DNA of 64,000 nucleotides from Minisyncoccota bacterium (GTDB lineage Bacteria; Patescibacteriota; Minisyncoccia; Phycocordibacterales; UBA2100): NCBI GenBank assembly GCA_022842645.1, contig JALHPE010000002.1, positions 65,569 to 129,568 of the forward strand, read 5' to 3'. Shown piece by piece: positions 55,875 to 64,000 of this stretch (position 1 is its first letter; each line of letters starts with the position of its first letter). The notes under the pieces were generated by a model. It saw only the letters and a program-made list of their open reading frames with translations, ran no database searches and was not told where the DNA came from. The position numbers and the translations under genes were made by a program.

Positions 55875-55899
55875 CATACAAAATACGATATACGAGATA

Positions 55900-56301
55900 C
55901 TACATACCCGGATTGAGTCCTGCGCAATTTTTTGAGGGTGTATACCCTGCTTTTTGAGCAGCCGTCTCATCCGCAAACCATACCTGGTTCTCCCTCTTCA
56001 TTTGAGATGCGCCAGGGCACCAGGGATAGTGATAGACCTCACCCGTTCGGGAGGCGACGATAAGGCCACCAATATGCATTCCACGAGGCTCTCCTGCCTC
56101 AGGAGCTATTCTGACCGCCACAGAGGGCTGCGAGGCCTCAGAAGCTGAAATTTGGCCTAAAAAGAAGCTTCCAAAGGCAGTAAGGAGGATAATGAGGATA
56201 ATCCCCCACTCTTCTAGGAGCCCGCCTCCAACGGATTTGACCTTCTCCCACATTTCCTGTATTCTGCTTGCCACACGAGGATTGTAGCGTGTTTTAGGCA
56301 C
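55900..56301 (-). CDS. Membrane-anchored protein with Ada-like zinc-binding domain
   Basis: N-terminal TM 'WGIILIILLTAFGSFFL'; C-terminal 'VYHYPWCPGA...NQVWFADETAAQKAGYTPSKNC' fits the Ada Zn-binding pattern. Confidence 0.5.
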   Translation of the reverse strand: MPKTRYNPRVASRIQEMWEKVKSVGGGLLEEWGIILIILLTAFGSFFLGQISASEASQPSVAVRIAPEAGEPRGMHIGGLIVASRTGEVYHYPWCPGASQMKRENQVWFADETAAQKAGYTPSKNCAGLNPGM

Positions 56302-56316
56302 TCCCTAGACCCTATC

Positions 56317-56329
56317 CCCTAGTGGCTAA
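56317..56329 (+). repeat. Third copy of CCCTAGTGGCTAA, 11 nt upstream of the rpmA start codon
   Basis: Exact 13-mer match to 19877-19889. Confidence 0.5.
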
Positions 56330-56340
56330 ACCCTACCCAT

Positions 56341-56622
56341 ATGGCAACAACAAAAGCAGCAGGAACAGCAAAAAACCTGAACGACTCAAATCCGAAGTAC
56401 CTCGGCGTTAAACGCTCCGATGGCACTAAGGTGGGCATCGGTGAAATAATTGTCCGCCAACGCGGTACAAAAATTATGGCTGGCCGCAATATCGGCATTG
56501 GTTCAGATCACACTCTTTTCGCAAAGGTTGCAGGTTCGGTGAAATTCAGCACCAAACGCAAACAGGATTTCGATGGTCGCACTTCAGTTCGTGCACAAGT
56601 AGAAATTGTGCCCGCTAAGTAG
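56341..56622 (+). CDS. rpmA: 50S ribosomal protein L27
   Basis: '[33 protein letters not shown]' canonical L27. Confidence 0.9.
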   Translation: MATTKAAGTAKNLNDSNPKYLGVKRSDGTKVGIGEIIVRQRGTKIMAGRNIGIGSDHTLFAKVAGSVKFSTKRKQDFDGRTSVRAQVEIVPAK

Positions 56623-57058
56623 CGGTAATAGCAACAATAAACGTCGCCACGTGTTCCCCAAGGCGCACTTCAACCGGCCATTCGCCGGTTTGTTTTATTG
56701 GCATCTTTGGGTGTACATTTTTCGCTTCTACAGTAATGCCCGCTTGAAGTGCGAGCATTGCAGCAATTTCCTCGGAAGAAACTTTTTGATAGAGGTGTCC
56801 TTGCGCATTTCCTGGCGCATTTAGATTTATCATGATTCCCTCTATTTTTTTCTTGAGCGCGCGCCCCGTAGAATCTTCAGCTTCCCTATGAGCCCGAGCC
56901 TTAGCCTGTGCCTCTGTGTGTACTGCTAATTTTTCTGGCGTTGCCGGTTCCGCGAGCTTCTTTGGAAGAAGCATATTAAGCGCATAACCGTCTGCCACAT
57001 CTTTCACACTCCCCTTTTGTCCCACCCCCGGCATATCGCGAAGAAGGATTACTTTCAT
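56615..57058 (-). CDS. rplI: 50S ribosomal protein L9
   Basis: '[36 protein letters not shown]' canonical L9; start at internal Met of ORF 56615..57121. Confidence 0.85.
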   Translation of the reverse strand: MKVILLRDMPGVGQKGSVKDVADGYALNMLLPKKLAEPATPEKLAVHTEAQAKARAHREAEDSTGRALKKKIEGIMINLNAPGNAQGHLYQKVSSEEIAAMLALQAGITVEAKNVHPKMPIKQTGEWPVEVRLGEHVATFIVAITAT

Positions 57059-57059
57059 A

Positions 57060-58307
57060 CTACATTCCACGCACGAGTTCGAGTGCCTTTTCCATCTGCA
57101 GATCACGACCTTCTTTTGCATCTTCTTCGGTCACCTTCACTTCGGTGTCAGGCACGATGCCGTCATGTGGAATTTGATCCCCTCCCGGCATGAGCCAGCG
57201 CGCAACGGTGATTTTGAGGCCGGTGAGCTCGGTGATGGGTACCAATTCTTGAACAGAGCCTTTACCAAAGGTCGCTGTACCAACCAGTGTGGCAACACCA
57301 TGGTGGCGAAGTGCCCCCGCAAGAATTTCTGAAGCAGATGCAGAGCCCTTGTCGACAAGAATGACCATGTCGAGATTCTCATTGAAGATATTGTAGCCAC
57401 GACTGCGGTGATCGACGTTATCGCGGTTGCCGCCATAATCTTCGGTGACGACAATTTTTCCTGACGGCAGGAACCAACTTGCCATATCAACTGCCGCCTC
57501 GAGATAGCCACCTGGATTCCCACGAAGATCTACAATCAGTTTATTCTTTCCAGAATCCACGAATTCGCGCAACGCGTTACGGAACAAGAGAGGCGAATTT
57601 GCGGTGAAATTATGTAGGGATATGACAAAAACATCATCCTTGGTTTCGGTTTCGAGTATTGGGATATTAATCACATCACGCGTTACTTTGATGTCGCGTG
57701 CCTCTTCCCAGCCTTCACGAGCAACGAGTAGTGTTACTTCGCTTCCTTTAGGGCCGCGGATTCTGCTCACTGCAGTTGTAATATCCATGCCGCGCGTTTC
57801 TGTATCATTAATTTTGAGCACGCGATCATTTGGTTTGAGGCCAGCCCGCTCTGCCGGGGTCCCTTTAAGCGGTGCAACAACGGTAAGAATTTCATCGCGG
57901 ATAGCAATCTCCATCCCCACTCCCTCGAAATTACCAGAAAGATCTTCTTCAAATTGTTTTTGTTCGACGGGCGGGAGATAGAAAGTATAAGGATCTCCGA
58001 GCGCATCAGCGAGGCCTTGGATCATGCCGTATACACGGCGTTCTTCGGGCGTGCCGAGGGGTACGGGACTCGTTGAAGAGGCATCTGTGGGAGGAACAGA
58101 CGCTGGCACAAATCGCTCATCGATTGTTTTCCACGCACGCCAGAGCGGCGTTAAATCAACGCCCTCAGGAGGCGTTTCGCCGCCAAGCGCCTGCGCAACA
58201 GAAGCGGGCATAGCGGAACGATCGGCAACCATATAACCGCCACCAAAACCGAGAATCAAAAGAAATGCGCCTCCAATAATGAGCGCGGCCTTACTCTGTT
58301 CTTGCAT
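57060..58307 (-). CDS. ctpA: Carboxyl-terminal processing protease (S41) with PDZ domain
   Basis: PDZ 'GLKPNDRVLKINDTETRGMD', S41 'DLRGNPGGYLEAAVDMASWF', 'GSASASEI' nucleophile region. Confidence 0.85.
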   Translation of the reverse strand: MQEQSKAALIIGGAFLLILGFGGGYMVADRSAMPASVAQALGGETPPEGVDLTPLWRAWKTIDERFVPASVPPTDASSTSPVPLGTPEERRVYGMIQGLADALGDPYTFYLPPVEQKQFEEDLSGNFEGVGMEIAIRDEILTVVAPLKGTPAERAGLKPNDRVLKINDTETRGMDITTAVSRIRGPKGSEVTLLVAREGWEEARDIKVTRDVINIPILETETKDDVFVISLHNFTANSPLLFRNALREFVDSGKNKLIVDLRGNPGGYLEAAVDMASWFLPSGKIVVTEDYGGNRDNVDHRSRGYNIFNENLDMVILVDKGSASASEILAGALRHHGVATLVGTATFGKGSVQELVPITELTGLKITVARWLMPGGDQIPHDGIVPDTEVKVTEEDAKEGRDLQMEKALELVRGM

Positions 58308-58369
58308 GGGGTTAGTATCGCACACTGCGAGGCCCTCGCCAATTCATCGTGCTACACTTTCGATGCATC

Positions 58370-60067
58370 ATGGAACTTTTCTCCGAATTGAGTGTGCTTG
58401 TCGTTTTGGCAACCGCAGTTGCGCTTGTCATGCGCATCTTACGCCAACCGCTCATTATTGGACACATACTCACGGGTCTTATTGCGGGACCGTTTGTGCT
58501 CAATATCGTACATTCAGAAGAAACGCTTGCGCTCCTTGGGCAAATTGGGGTCGCGATTCTTCTTTTTACTGTAGGACTTCACCTTGACCCAGCAATCATT
58601 AAAAAATTTGGACGAGTCTCACTGGTCACGGGGGTTGGACAGGTTGTGATTACATCACTCGTCGGCTATTGGATATGTGTCGCCCTCGGTTTTCCACTGC
58701 TTCCCTCTCTCTATATCGCAATCGCACTCGCCTTCTCCTCGACCATCATCATCATGAAATTGATCTCCGATAAAGGAGATCTCGAGACACTCTATGCAAA
58801 AATCGCTATTGGGTTCCTTTTGGTGCAAGACTTGATTGCCGTTGTACTTCTTTTCACGATTCCATTATTCACCACGGATGCATCTTTTGTAAGTATTGGG
58901 ACACTTGTTGCCTTGGGCTTGGCTCTGATTTTTGTAATCGCCCTCGTTGCACACTTTATTCTTCCCCGTGTCAGTGCAGCAATTGCAAAATCACACGAAT
59001 TTCTTTTCCTGTTCGCACTCGCGTGGGGCATTGGTATCGCCGCCCTCTTTCGAGAGCTTGGATTTTCGCTCGAAAGCGGTGCTCTTATTGCCGGTGTTGC
59101 GCTTGCGACCATGCCTGCGCGACTTGAGATCAGTGCGCGACTCTCTCCGCTTCGCGATTTTTTCATCGTAATATTTTTTATCTATCTTGGTGCCGAACTA
59201 CAACTGAGCAGCATCGGCGAGCTGATTATTCCTGCCGTCATTCTTTCGGCACTGGTGCTCATCGGAAACCCCTTGATACTCATGGCCATCCTCGGCTTCA
59301 TGGGTTACAAGAAAAAGACGAGCCTCCAAACGGGCTTTACTGTCGCACAAATCAGCGAATTCTCACTTATTCTCGTTGCACTCGGCGTTTCTTTGGGGCA
59401 TCTCACGCAAGAACACTTATCGCTCGTCACGCTTGTGGGTCTCATTACTATTTTCGGCTCAACGTACCTCGTCCTTTATTCGGATGGTATTTACAAGCGG
59501 CTTTCTCCCCTTCTTTCTCTATTTGAACGCAAAAACGCACATGAACCACGAATGCGCTTCAAGCATTACGAGATTATTCTCTTCGGTTGCAATCGTGTGG
59601 GACATGATTTTCTTAATGTACTCGAGAAGTTTGGGCGTCCGTTTGTTGTGGTTGATCATGATCCAGACCGCATCTCGGAATTGGAGCGCCGAGGCATCCC
59701 CGCACTTTTTGGCGACGCAGGAGATCCTGATTTTCTTGAGACCATAGATTTTTCTCGTGTAGAACTTGTACTCTCAACCGTGCCGGAGACTAATACGAAT
59801 GCCCTGCTTCATCAAACAGTGCGTGCGCAGGCGCCAGAGGCGGTTGTTATCGTCGTTGCTCACCGCGTAACGGATGCTATTGGTCACTATGAAGGCGGGG
59901 TCGATTATGTCGTTCTTCCGCACTTCCTCGGCAGCAAGCATGCGGCGGAAATAGTGCTTCGCTTCAAGAGTAATCGTGCAAAATATGACATTCTTCGCTC
60001 GGAACACTTGGACGACCTACTCCTGCGTGTTTCAGCTGGGCACGAGCATCCTGAGGGCAAAAAGTAG
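58370..60067 (+). CDS. CPA2-family monovalent cation:proton antiporter with C-terminal RCK/TrkA-N domain (Kef-like)
   Basis: About 12 TM Na+/H+-exchanger-like region then Rossmann 'ILFGCNRVGH' RCK domain; start at 'MELFSELSV'. Confidence 0.8.
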   Translation: MELFSELSVLVVLATAVALVMRILRQPLIIGHILTGLIAGPFVLNIVHSEETLALLGQIGVAILLFTVGLHLDPAIIKKFGRVSLVTGVGQVVITSLVGYWICVALGFPLLPSLYIAIALAFSSTIIIMKLISDKGDLETLYAKIAIGFLLVQDLIAVVLLFTIPLFTTDASFVSIGTLVALGLALIFVIALVAHFILPRVSAAIAKSHEFLFLFALAWGIGIAALFRELGFSLESGALIAGVALATMPARLEISARLSPLRDFFIVIFFIYLGAELQLSSIGELIIPAVILSALVLIGNPLILMAILGFMGYKKKTSLQTGFTVAQISEFSLILVALGVSLGHLTQEHLSLVTLVGLITIFGSTYLVLYSDGIYKRLSPLLSLFERKNAHEPRMRFKHYEIILFGCNRVGHDFLNVLEKFGRPFVVVDHDPDRISELERRGIPALFGDAGDPDFLETIDFSRVELVLSTVPETNTNALLHQTVRAQAPEAVVIVVAHRVTDAIGHYEGGVDYVVLPHFLGSKHAAEIVLRFKSNRAKYDILRSEHLDDLLLRVSAGHEHPEGKK

Positions 60068-60104
60068 CTTGTAGCTCCTAGTGTGTAGCTGTTAGGATGA
60101 AGGC

Positions 60105-61577
60105 ATGTCTTTCTTCGCAAGACTCTTTTCTAGCGCACCTGGTGCGGATCGCCTACATTTACACAACACACTCTCCGGCAAAGACGAAGAATTCAAGCCG
60201 CTTGGAAAAGAGGTGAAAATGTACCACTGCGGCCCAACTGTCTATGGTGTACAGCACATCGGAAACCTTTCAATGTTCGTCTTCACCGACATCCTTCGCC
60301 GCACACTTGAATACGTGGGATACGACGTGAAGCAGGTCATTAATATTACCGATGTGGGACATCTTGTTTCTGATGGCGACGATGGTGAAGATAAAATGAC
60401 GAAAGGCTTGAAACGCGACGGACTTGAGCCAACTCTCGAGAATATGCGCATCCTTGCCGAGAAATACACGCAGATTTTTTTGGAAGATATGCAACGGCTG
60501 AATGCAAGAATCGATGGCACGCAGTTCCCGCGTGCTTCTGCCTATATTCAAGAACAAATCGGGATGGTTAAAAAGCTTGAAGAGAAAGGATACGCCTACC
60601 GTGGCGAGAGCGGCGTCTACTACGATACCTCCCGCTTCCCTGCCTACGGCAAGCTCGGTAACATCAATCTGGAAGGATTAAAAGAAGGTGCCCGAGTCGC
60701 GGTGTCCGAAAAAAAGAACCCGACTGACTTCCTTTTGTGGAAATCAGATATCCACATGGGATGGGATTCGCCCTGGGGTAAAGGTTTCCCCGGCTGGCAC
60801 ATTGAGTGTTCTGCAATGATTCGCGCGCTTCTCGGGGACCAAATAGATATTCACACAGGAGGTATCGAACATATTCCAGTGCACCACAATAACGAAATCG
60901 CACAGTCAGAAGCGGCAACAGATGCAAAACCGTTAGCGCGATTCTGGCTTCATCGCGCCCACCTTCAACTCGAAGGAGGAAAAATGGCAAAATCCGAAGG
61001 CAACGTGATATACCTCTCAGATATTATTGAGAAAGGTTTTCATCCCCTCTCCTTCCGCTACCTTCTCCTCGGTGCACATTACCGTCAACCCGCATCATTT
61101 TCGTGGGAGGCACTTAGCTCAGCTCAGACCGCATTTCTCAAACTACGTCGCTTAGCGGACACGCTCCCTTTCGGCGGTTCTGTTCCGGAAGACTACAAAC
61201 ACCGCTTTACCGAAAAAATATCAAACGATCTCGACACACCCGGCGCGCTTGCTGTACTTTGGGAAATGACAAAAGACACTTCGCTTGCACCAAAGAATCT
61301 CCGTGCAGGACTTCTCGATTTTGATCAGGTGCTCGGCCTTAACCTTGCACAAGAAGATACCGAAGCGCGTACGCTGTGGGAGAAAGAGTTTGGTGTCATA
61401 GTTTCTGAAAACGATGTGCCTGAAAAAATACGTGTTCTTCTTCAAAAACGAGAATCTGCACGTAAAGAAAAGAAGTGGCAAGAAGCTGATTCAGCACGAA
61501 ACGAAATCGAAACTGCAGGTTTTTTCGTAGAAGATACTAAAAATGGGGCGCGTGTTGTGAAAAAGACAAGCGCCTAA
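60105..61577 (+). CDS. cysS: Cysteine--tRNA ligase
   Basis: 'MYHCGPTVYGVQHIGN' and 'KMAKSEGN'. Confidence 0.9.
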   Translation: MSFFARLFSSAPGADRLHLHNTLSGKDEEFKPLGKEVKMYHCGPTVYGVQHIGNLSMFVFTDILRRTLEYVGYDVKQVINITDVGHLVSDGDDGEDKMTKGLKRDGLEPTLENMRILAEKYTQIFLEDMQRLNARIDGTQFPRASAYIQEQIGMVKKLEEKGYAYRGESGVYYDTSRFPAYGKLGNINLEGLKEGARVAVSEKKNPTDFLLWKSDIHMGWDSPWGKGFPGWHIECSAMIRALLGDQIDIHTGGIEHIPVHHNNEIAQSEAATDAKPLARFWLHRAHLQLEGGKMAKSEGNVIYLSDIIEKGFHPLSFRYLLLGAHYRQPASFSWEALSSAQTAFLKLRRLADTLPFGGSVPEDYKHRFTEKISNDLDTPGALAVLWEMTKDTSLAPKNLRAGLLDFDQVLGLNLAQEDTEARTLWEKEFGVIVSENDVPEKIRVLLQKRESARKEKKWQEADSARNEIETAGFFVEDTKNGARVVKKTSA

Positions 61578-61597
61578 CCTCTTAAGGTTAGGCGCTT
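61568..61597 (+). terminator. cysS terminator AAGCGCCTAACC-tcttaa-GGTTAGGCGCTT overlapping the stop codon
   Basis: 12-bp perfect stem; a second hairpin lies at 61611-61633. Confidence 0.5.
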
Positions 61598-61815
61598 GAG
61601 ATCAGGCCTGTGCAGGAGAAATTTACTCCTGCATCAGACTCATCGTAGAGTGCGGAGTTTCTGCCGGCTCCCGGGGAGTGGTGACAAGCGCCACCAGCAA
61701 CAAGTACGAGAGGCAGAGAAACCCCGCGGTCGCGATCATTTTCATTTTAAAACCCTCTTGCCATCACAGACCATTCTGTAAATGGCACGGTTTTTATTAT
61801 AACATGTAATATTTA

Positions 61816-64000
61816 TTATGCAAGTACAAGATTCACCAACCTGTTGGGGACGAAAATAATTTTATCTGGCACCTTCCCGAGAAGCCACTTTGCGGCGGCT
61901 TCCTGCGCAGCTTTCTCCACATCAGCCTGCGCCACATCACGTGGGAATAAAAGACTTGTACGGGCTTTTCCATTTACCTGCACCACAATAGTCACTTCAT
62001 CAGTAAGAAGCTTTTTCTCATTAAAGCGCGGCCATGACGCGATGTGTACCGAGGTTTTGTTTCCAAGTTCGTGCCAAATGTCTTCTGCAATATGCGGCGC
62101 AAATGGGGCGAGAAGTGCGACGAAGTCTCTGTACTGCTCTTTGCTAAGGCCCGATTTCTCCGCTTCATTCACGAATATCATCATCTGGCTAATCGCTGTG
62201 TTGAATTTAAAGTTTTGGATGTCTTCTCCAACTTTTTTGATCGTTTGGTGCAGAATACGTTCAGTCTGTAGACTGTAGTTTGTAGTTTGTAGTTGTTGTT
62301 CCAAACGCCAGACACGTTCTAAGAAGCGGCGAGCGCCGATGAGGGACGATGTTTTCCATGCGATGGCCTCGGTAAAAGGTCCCATAAACATTTCATAGAT
62401 ACGAAGCGTGTCGGCGCCGTAGGTTTCCACGATATCGTCTGGGTTAATCACATTTCCGAATCGCTTCGACATTTTGCGACCATCTTCTGCTTGAATCAGC
62501 CCCACCGAGACGAGACGCGTGAAAGGCTCCGGAGTCGATACAACGCCGATGTCTTGCAAGAACTTGTGCCAGAAACGCGCGTAGATAAGGTGGCGCGTCG
62601 CATGTTCTGCCCCACCGACGTACACATCCACTGGTGCCCAATATTTTTCTTTTGCCGAGTCGACAAGTGCCGTGTCATTTTGCGGATCCATGTAGCGGAG
62701 GTAATACCAGCTCGAACCCGCCCATTGCGGCATAGTGTTGGTCTCACGCTTTGCAACGCCACCACATTTTGGGCATGGTGTGTTTACCCACGACTCAATC
62801 GCGGCAAGGGGAGATTCCCCTGTCCCTGTCGGCTCGTAGTGTTCCACCTCCGGCAATTTCACCGGCAAATCTTTCTCCGGCACGGGCACGATTCCATCTT
62901 TTTCGCAGTGAATAATCGGGATCGGTTCACCCCAGTATCTCTGGCGCGAAAATACCCAATCGCGAAGTTTGTAGGTGATTTTTGCAACGCCAAATTTTTC
63001 AGTGATTTTTGCCTTTGCCTCTTCGGACGTAAGTCCATCAAATTCGCCTGAATTTTTCAGTATATCCGTCACCACTTCTGTGGAAGGGAGATTAAATTTT
63101 TGTGCAAATTGTTTATCACGTTCATCATGCGCGGGTACCGCCATGATGGCGCCGGTGCCGTAATGTGCGAGAACATAATCGGCGGCGAATACGGGAATCT
63201 CTTCATTTGTTGCAGGGTTGATTGCAAAAATTCCCTCCAACTTTACCCCCGTCTTTTCTTTCCCTTCCGTCGTTCGTTCAATTTCAGTTTTAGTCGCCGC
63301 CTTTTTTGCATATACAAGAACTTCAGCAGTGTTGGTGAATTTTATTTTTCGAAGGATCGGATGCTCGGGGGCAATAACCACGTAGGTGGCACCAAAAAGC
63401 GTATCCGGACGTGTGGTAAACACTTCAATCCCTTCTATTGTCTCCTTTCTACTATCTACTATCTCGAATTTCAAAATTGCCCCCTCACTCTTCCCTATCC
63501 AATTCCGCTGACTTTCTTTGATGTGTTCTTGCCACTCGGGAAGCAAATCTAAATCTTTGAGCAGACGTTCGGCGTAGTCGGTGATCTTGAGCGTCCACTG
63601 GCGCATCGGACGTTTTTCGACAACGGTGCCGCAGCGTTCACAGACGTTGCCGTCCAAATCTTCATTTGCGAGCCCGGTTTGGCACGAGGGACACCAGTTG
63701 ATGGGCTCAAACGATTCGTAGGCCAAGCCTTTTTCGTAGAGCTTCAGGAAAATCCACTGCGTCCACTTGTAGTATTCCGGATCGGTGGTGTTAATCTCGC
63801 GACTCCAGTCGTAATCGAGTCCAATTTTTTGCAACTGCTCTTTGAAACGCGCGATGTTTTTTTCAACAGCGACACGTGGATGGACTTTGTTCTTGATTGC
63901 GTAGTTTTCTGCGGGTAGACCAAACGCATCCCAACCCATCGGATGGAGTACGTTCTTCCCTTGCATGCGGGCGTGGCGGCTGACAATGTCTGTTGCAATG
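61816..64000 (-). CDS. leuS: Leucine--tRNA ligase, N-terminus beyond the window edge
   Basis: 'VLHPMGWDAFGLPAEN', CP1 editing region, 'KMSKRFGNVINPDD'; ORF stays open to 64000. Confidence 0.9.
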   Translation of the reverse strand, partial: IATDIVSRHARMQGKNVLHPMGWDAFGLPAENYAIKNKVHPRVAVEKNIARFKEQLQKIGLDYDWSREINTTDPEYYKWTQWIFLKLYEKGLAYESFEPINWCPSCQTGLANEDLDGNVCERCGTVVEKRPMRQWTLKITDYAERLLKDLDLLPEWQEHIKESQRNWIGKSEGAILKFEIVDSRKETIEGIEVFTTRPDTLFGATYVVIAPEHPILRKIKFTNTAEVLVYAKKAATKTEIERTTEGKEKTGVKLEGIFAINPATNEEIPVFAADYVLAHYGTGAIMAVPAHDERDKQFAQKFNLPSTEVVTDILKNSGEFDGLTSEEAKAKITEKFGVAKITYKLRDWVFSRQRYWGEPIPIIHCEKDGIVPVPEKDLPVKLPEVEHYEPTGTGESPLAAIESWVNTPCPKCGGVAKRETNTMPQWAGSSWYYLRYMDPQNDTALVDSAKEKYWAPVDVYVGGAEHATRHLIYARFWHKFLQDIGVVSTPEPFTRLVSVGLIQAEDGRKMSKRFGNVINPDDIVETYGADTLRIYEMFMGPFTEAIAWKTSSLIGARRFLERVWRLEQQLQTTNYSLQTERILHQTIKKVGEDIQNFKFNTAISQMMIFVNEAEKSGLSKEQYRDFVALLAPFAPHIAEDIWHELGNKTSVHIASWPRFNEKKLLTDEVTIVVQVNGKARTSLLFPRDVAQADVEKAAQEAAAKWLLGKVPDKIIFVPNRLVNLVLA

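Noticed and set aside
61596-61781. 61-aa plus-strand ORF after cysS
   Set aside because: Basic, low-complexity sequence with no RBS; it overlaps the terminator hairpins and a more plausible (still weak) minus-strand small ORF.
62266-62296. Tandem TGTAGTT x3 heptamer
   Set aside because: It lies inside the leuS coding sequence and simply encodes ...LQTTNYSLQT...; not an independent element.
1-64000. CRISPR arrays, rRNA genes, transposases, integrases
   Set aside because: Looked for regularly spaced direct repeats, rRNA signature sequences and DDE/tyrosine-recombinase-like ORFs; none found. The only mobile-looking signal is the recombination footprint in the Rhs locus.

Overview
This 64-kb window is a gene-dense, mostly housekeeping stretch of a bacterial chromosome at roughly 50% GC. 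Several traits resemble Patescibacteria/CPR-type genomes: a short-form AlaRS without the C-Ala domain, an archaeal-type AspRS, a GatB/YqeY protein and many small genes. This placement is an inference, not a confirmed assignment.

Recognisable core content:
- tRNA-Ala(GGC) with the G3:U70 identity pair.
- A ribosomal/RNA-polymerase block (infA, rpmJ, rpsM, rpsK, rpsD, rpoA, rplQ, rplM, rpsI) and separate rplU, rpmA and rplI genes.
- dnaB, recR, rmuC, mltG and mnmA.
- The chaperone set grpE-dnaK-(guaA)-dnaJ.
- Six aminoacyl-tRNA ligases: alaS, trpS, aspS, gltX, cysS and a 5'-partial leuS.
- scpA and scpB.
- A partial dcw cell-wall cluster: a DacA-like PBP, mraY, ftsW and murG.

The most striking accessory feature is a low-GC insertion between ftsW and murG (about 45.4-48.9 kb). 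It encodes a compact Rhs-family polymorphic toxin and a tightly linked small 2-TM putative immunity protein. The toxin has an SpvB-like/FG-GAP-like N-terminus, an RHS repeat-associated core ending in a DPxGN-type motif, and an unrecognised C-terminal domain. The toxin gene is split by a +1 frameshift at a GGG run. A roughly 75-nt segment spanning that junction is duplicated downstream as an orphan fragment, which is the footprint expected of recombination-driven C-terminal/immunity displacement.

Other items worth a second look:
- A Cas4/RecB-like Fe-S nuclease translationally coupled to an MGMT C-terminal-domain-only protein.
- An ATP-cone-PD-(D/E)XK nuclease fusion.
- A 37-codon uORF enclosed by a roughly 20-bp long-range inverted repeat ahead of two membrane-protein genes.
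- A 13-mer (CCCTAGTGGCTAA) found three times just upstream of start codons.
- Paired GTGTATACG boxes in the yqeY/rmuC divergent region.
- An AT-rich repeat-laden spacer upstream of gltX.
- A minus-strand accessory operon: DEDDh exonuclease, small protein, SPFH, NUDIX, then a papain-like protein, preceded by an Ada-Zn-like membrane protein.
- A roughly 480-bp non-coding gap with back-to-back hairpins.

No CRISPR array, rRNA, integrase or transposase was seen.
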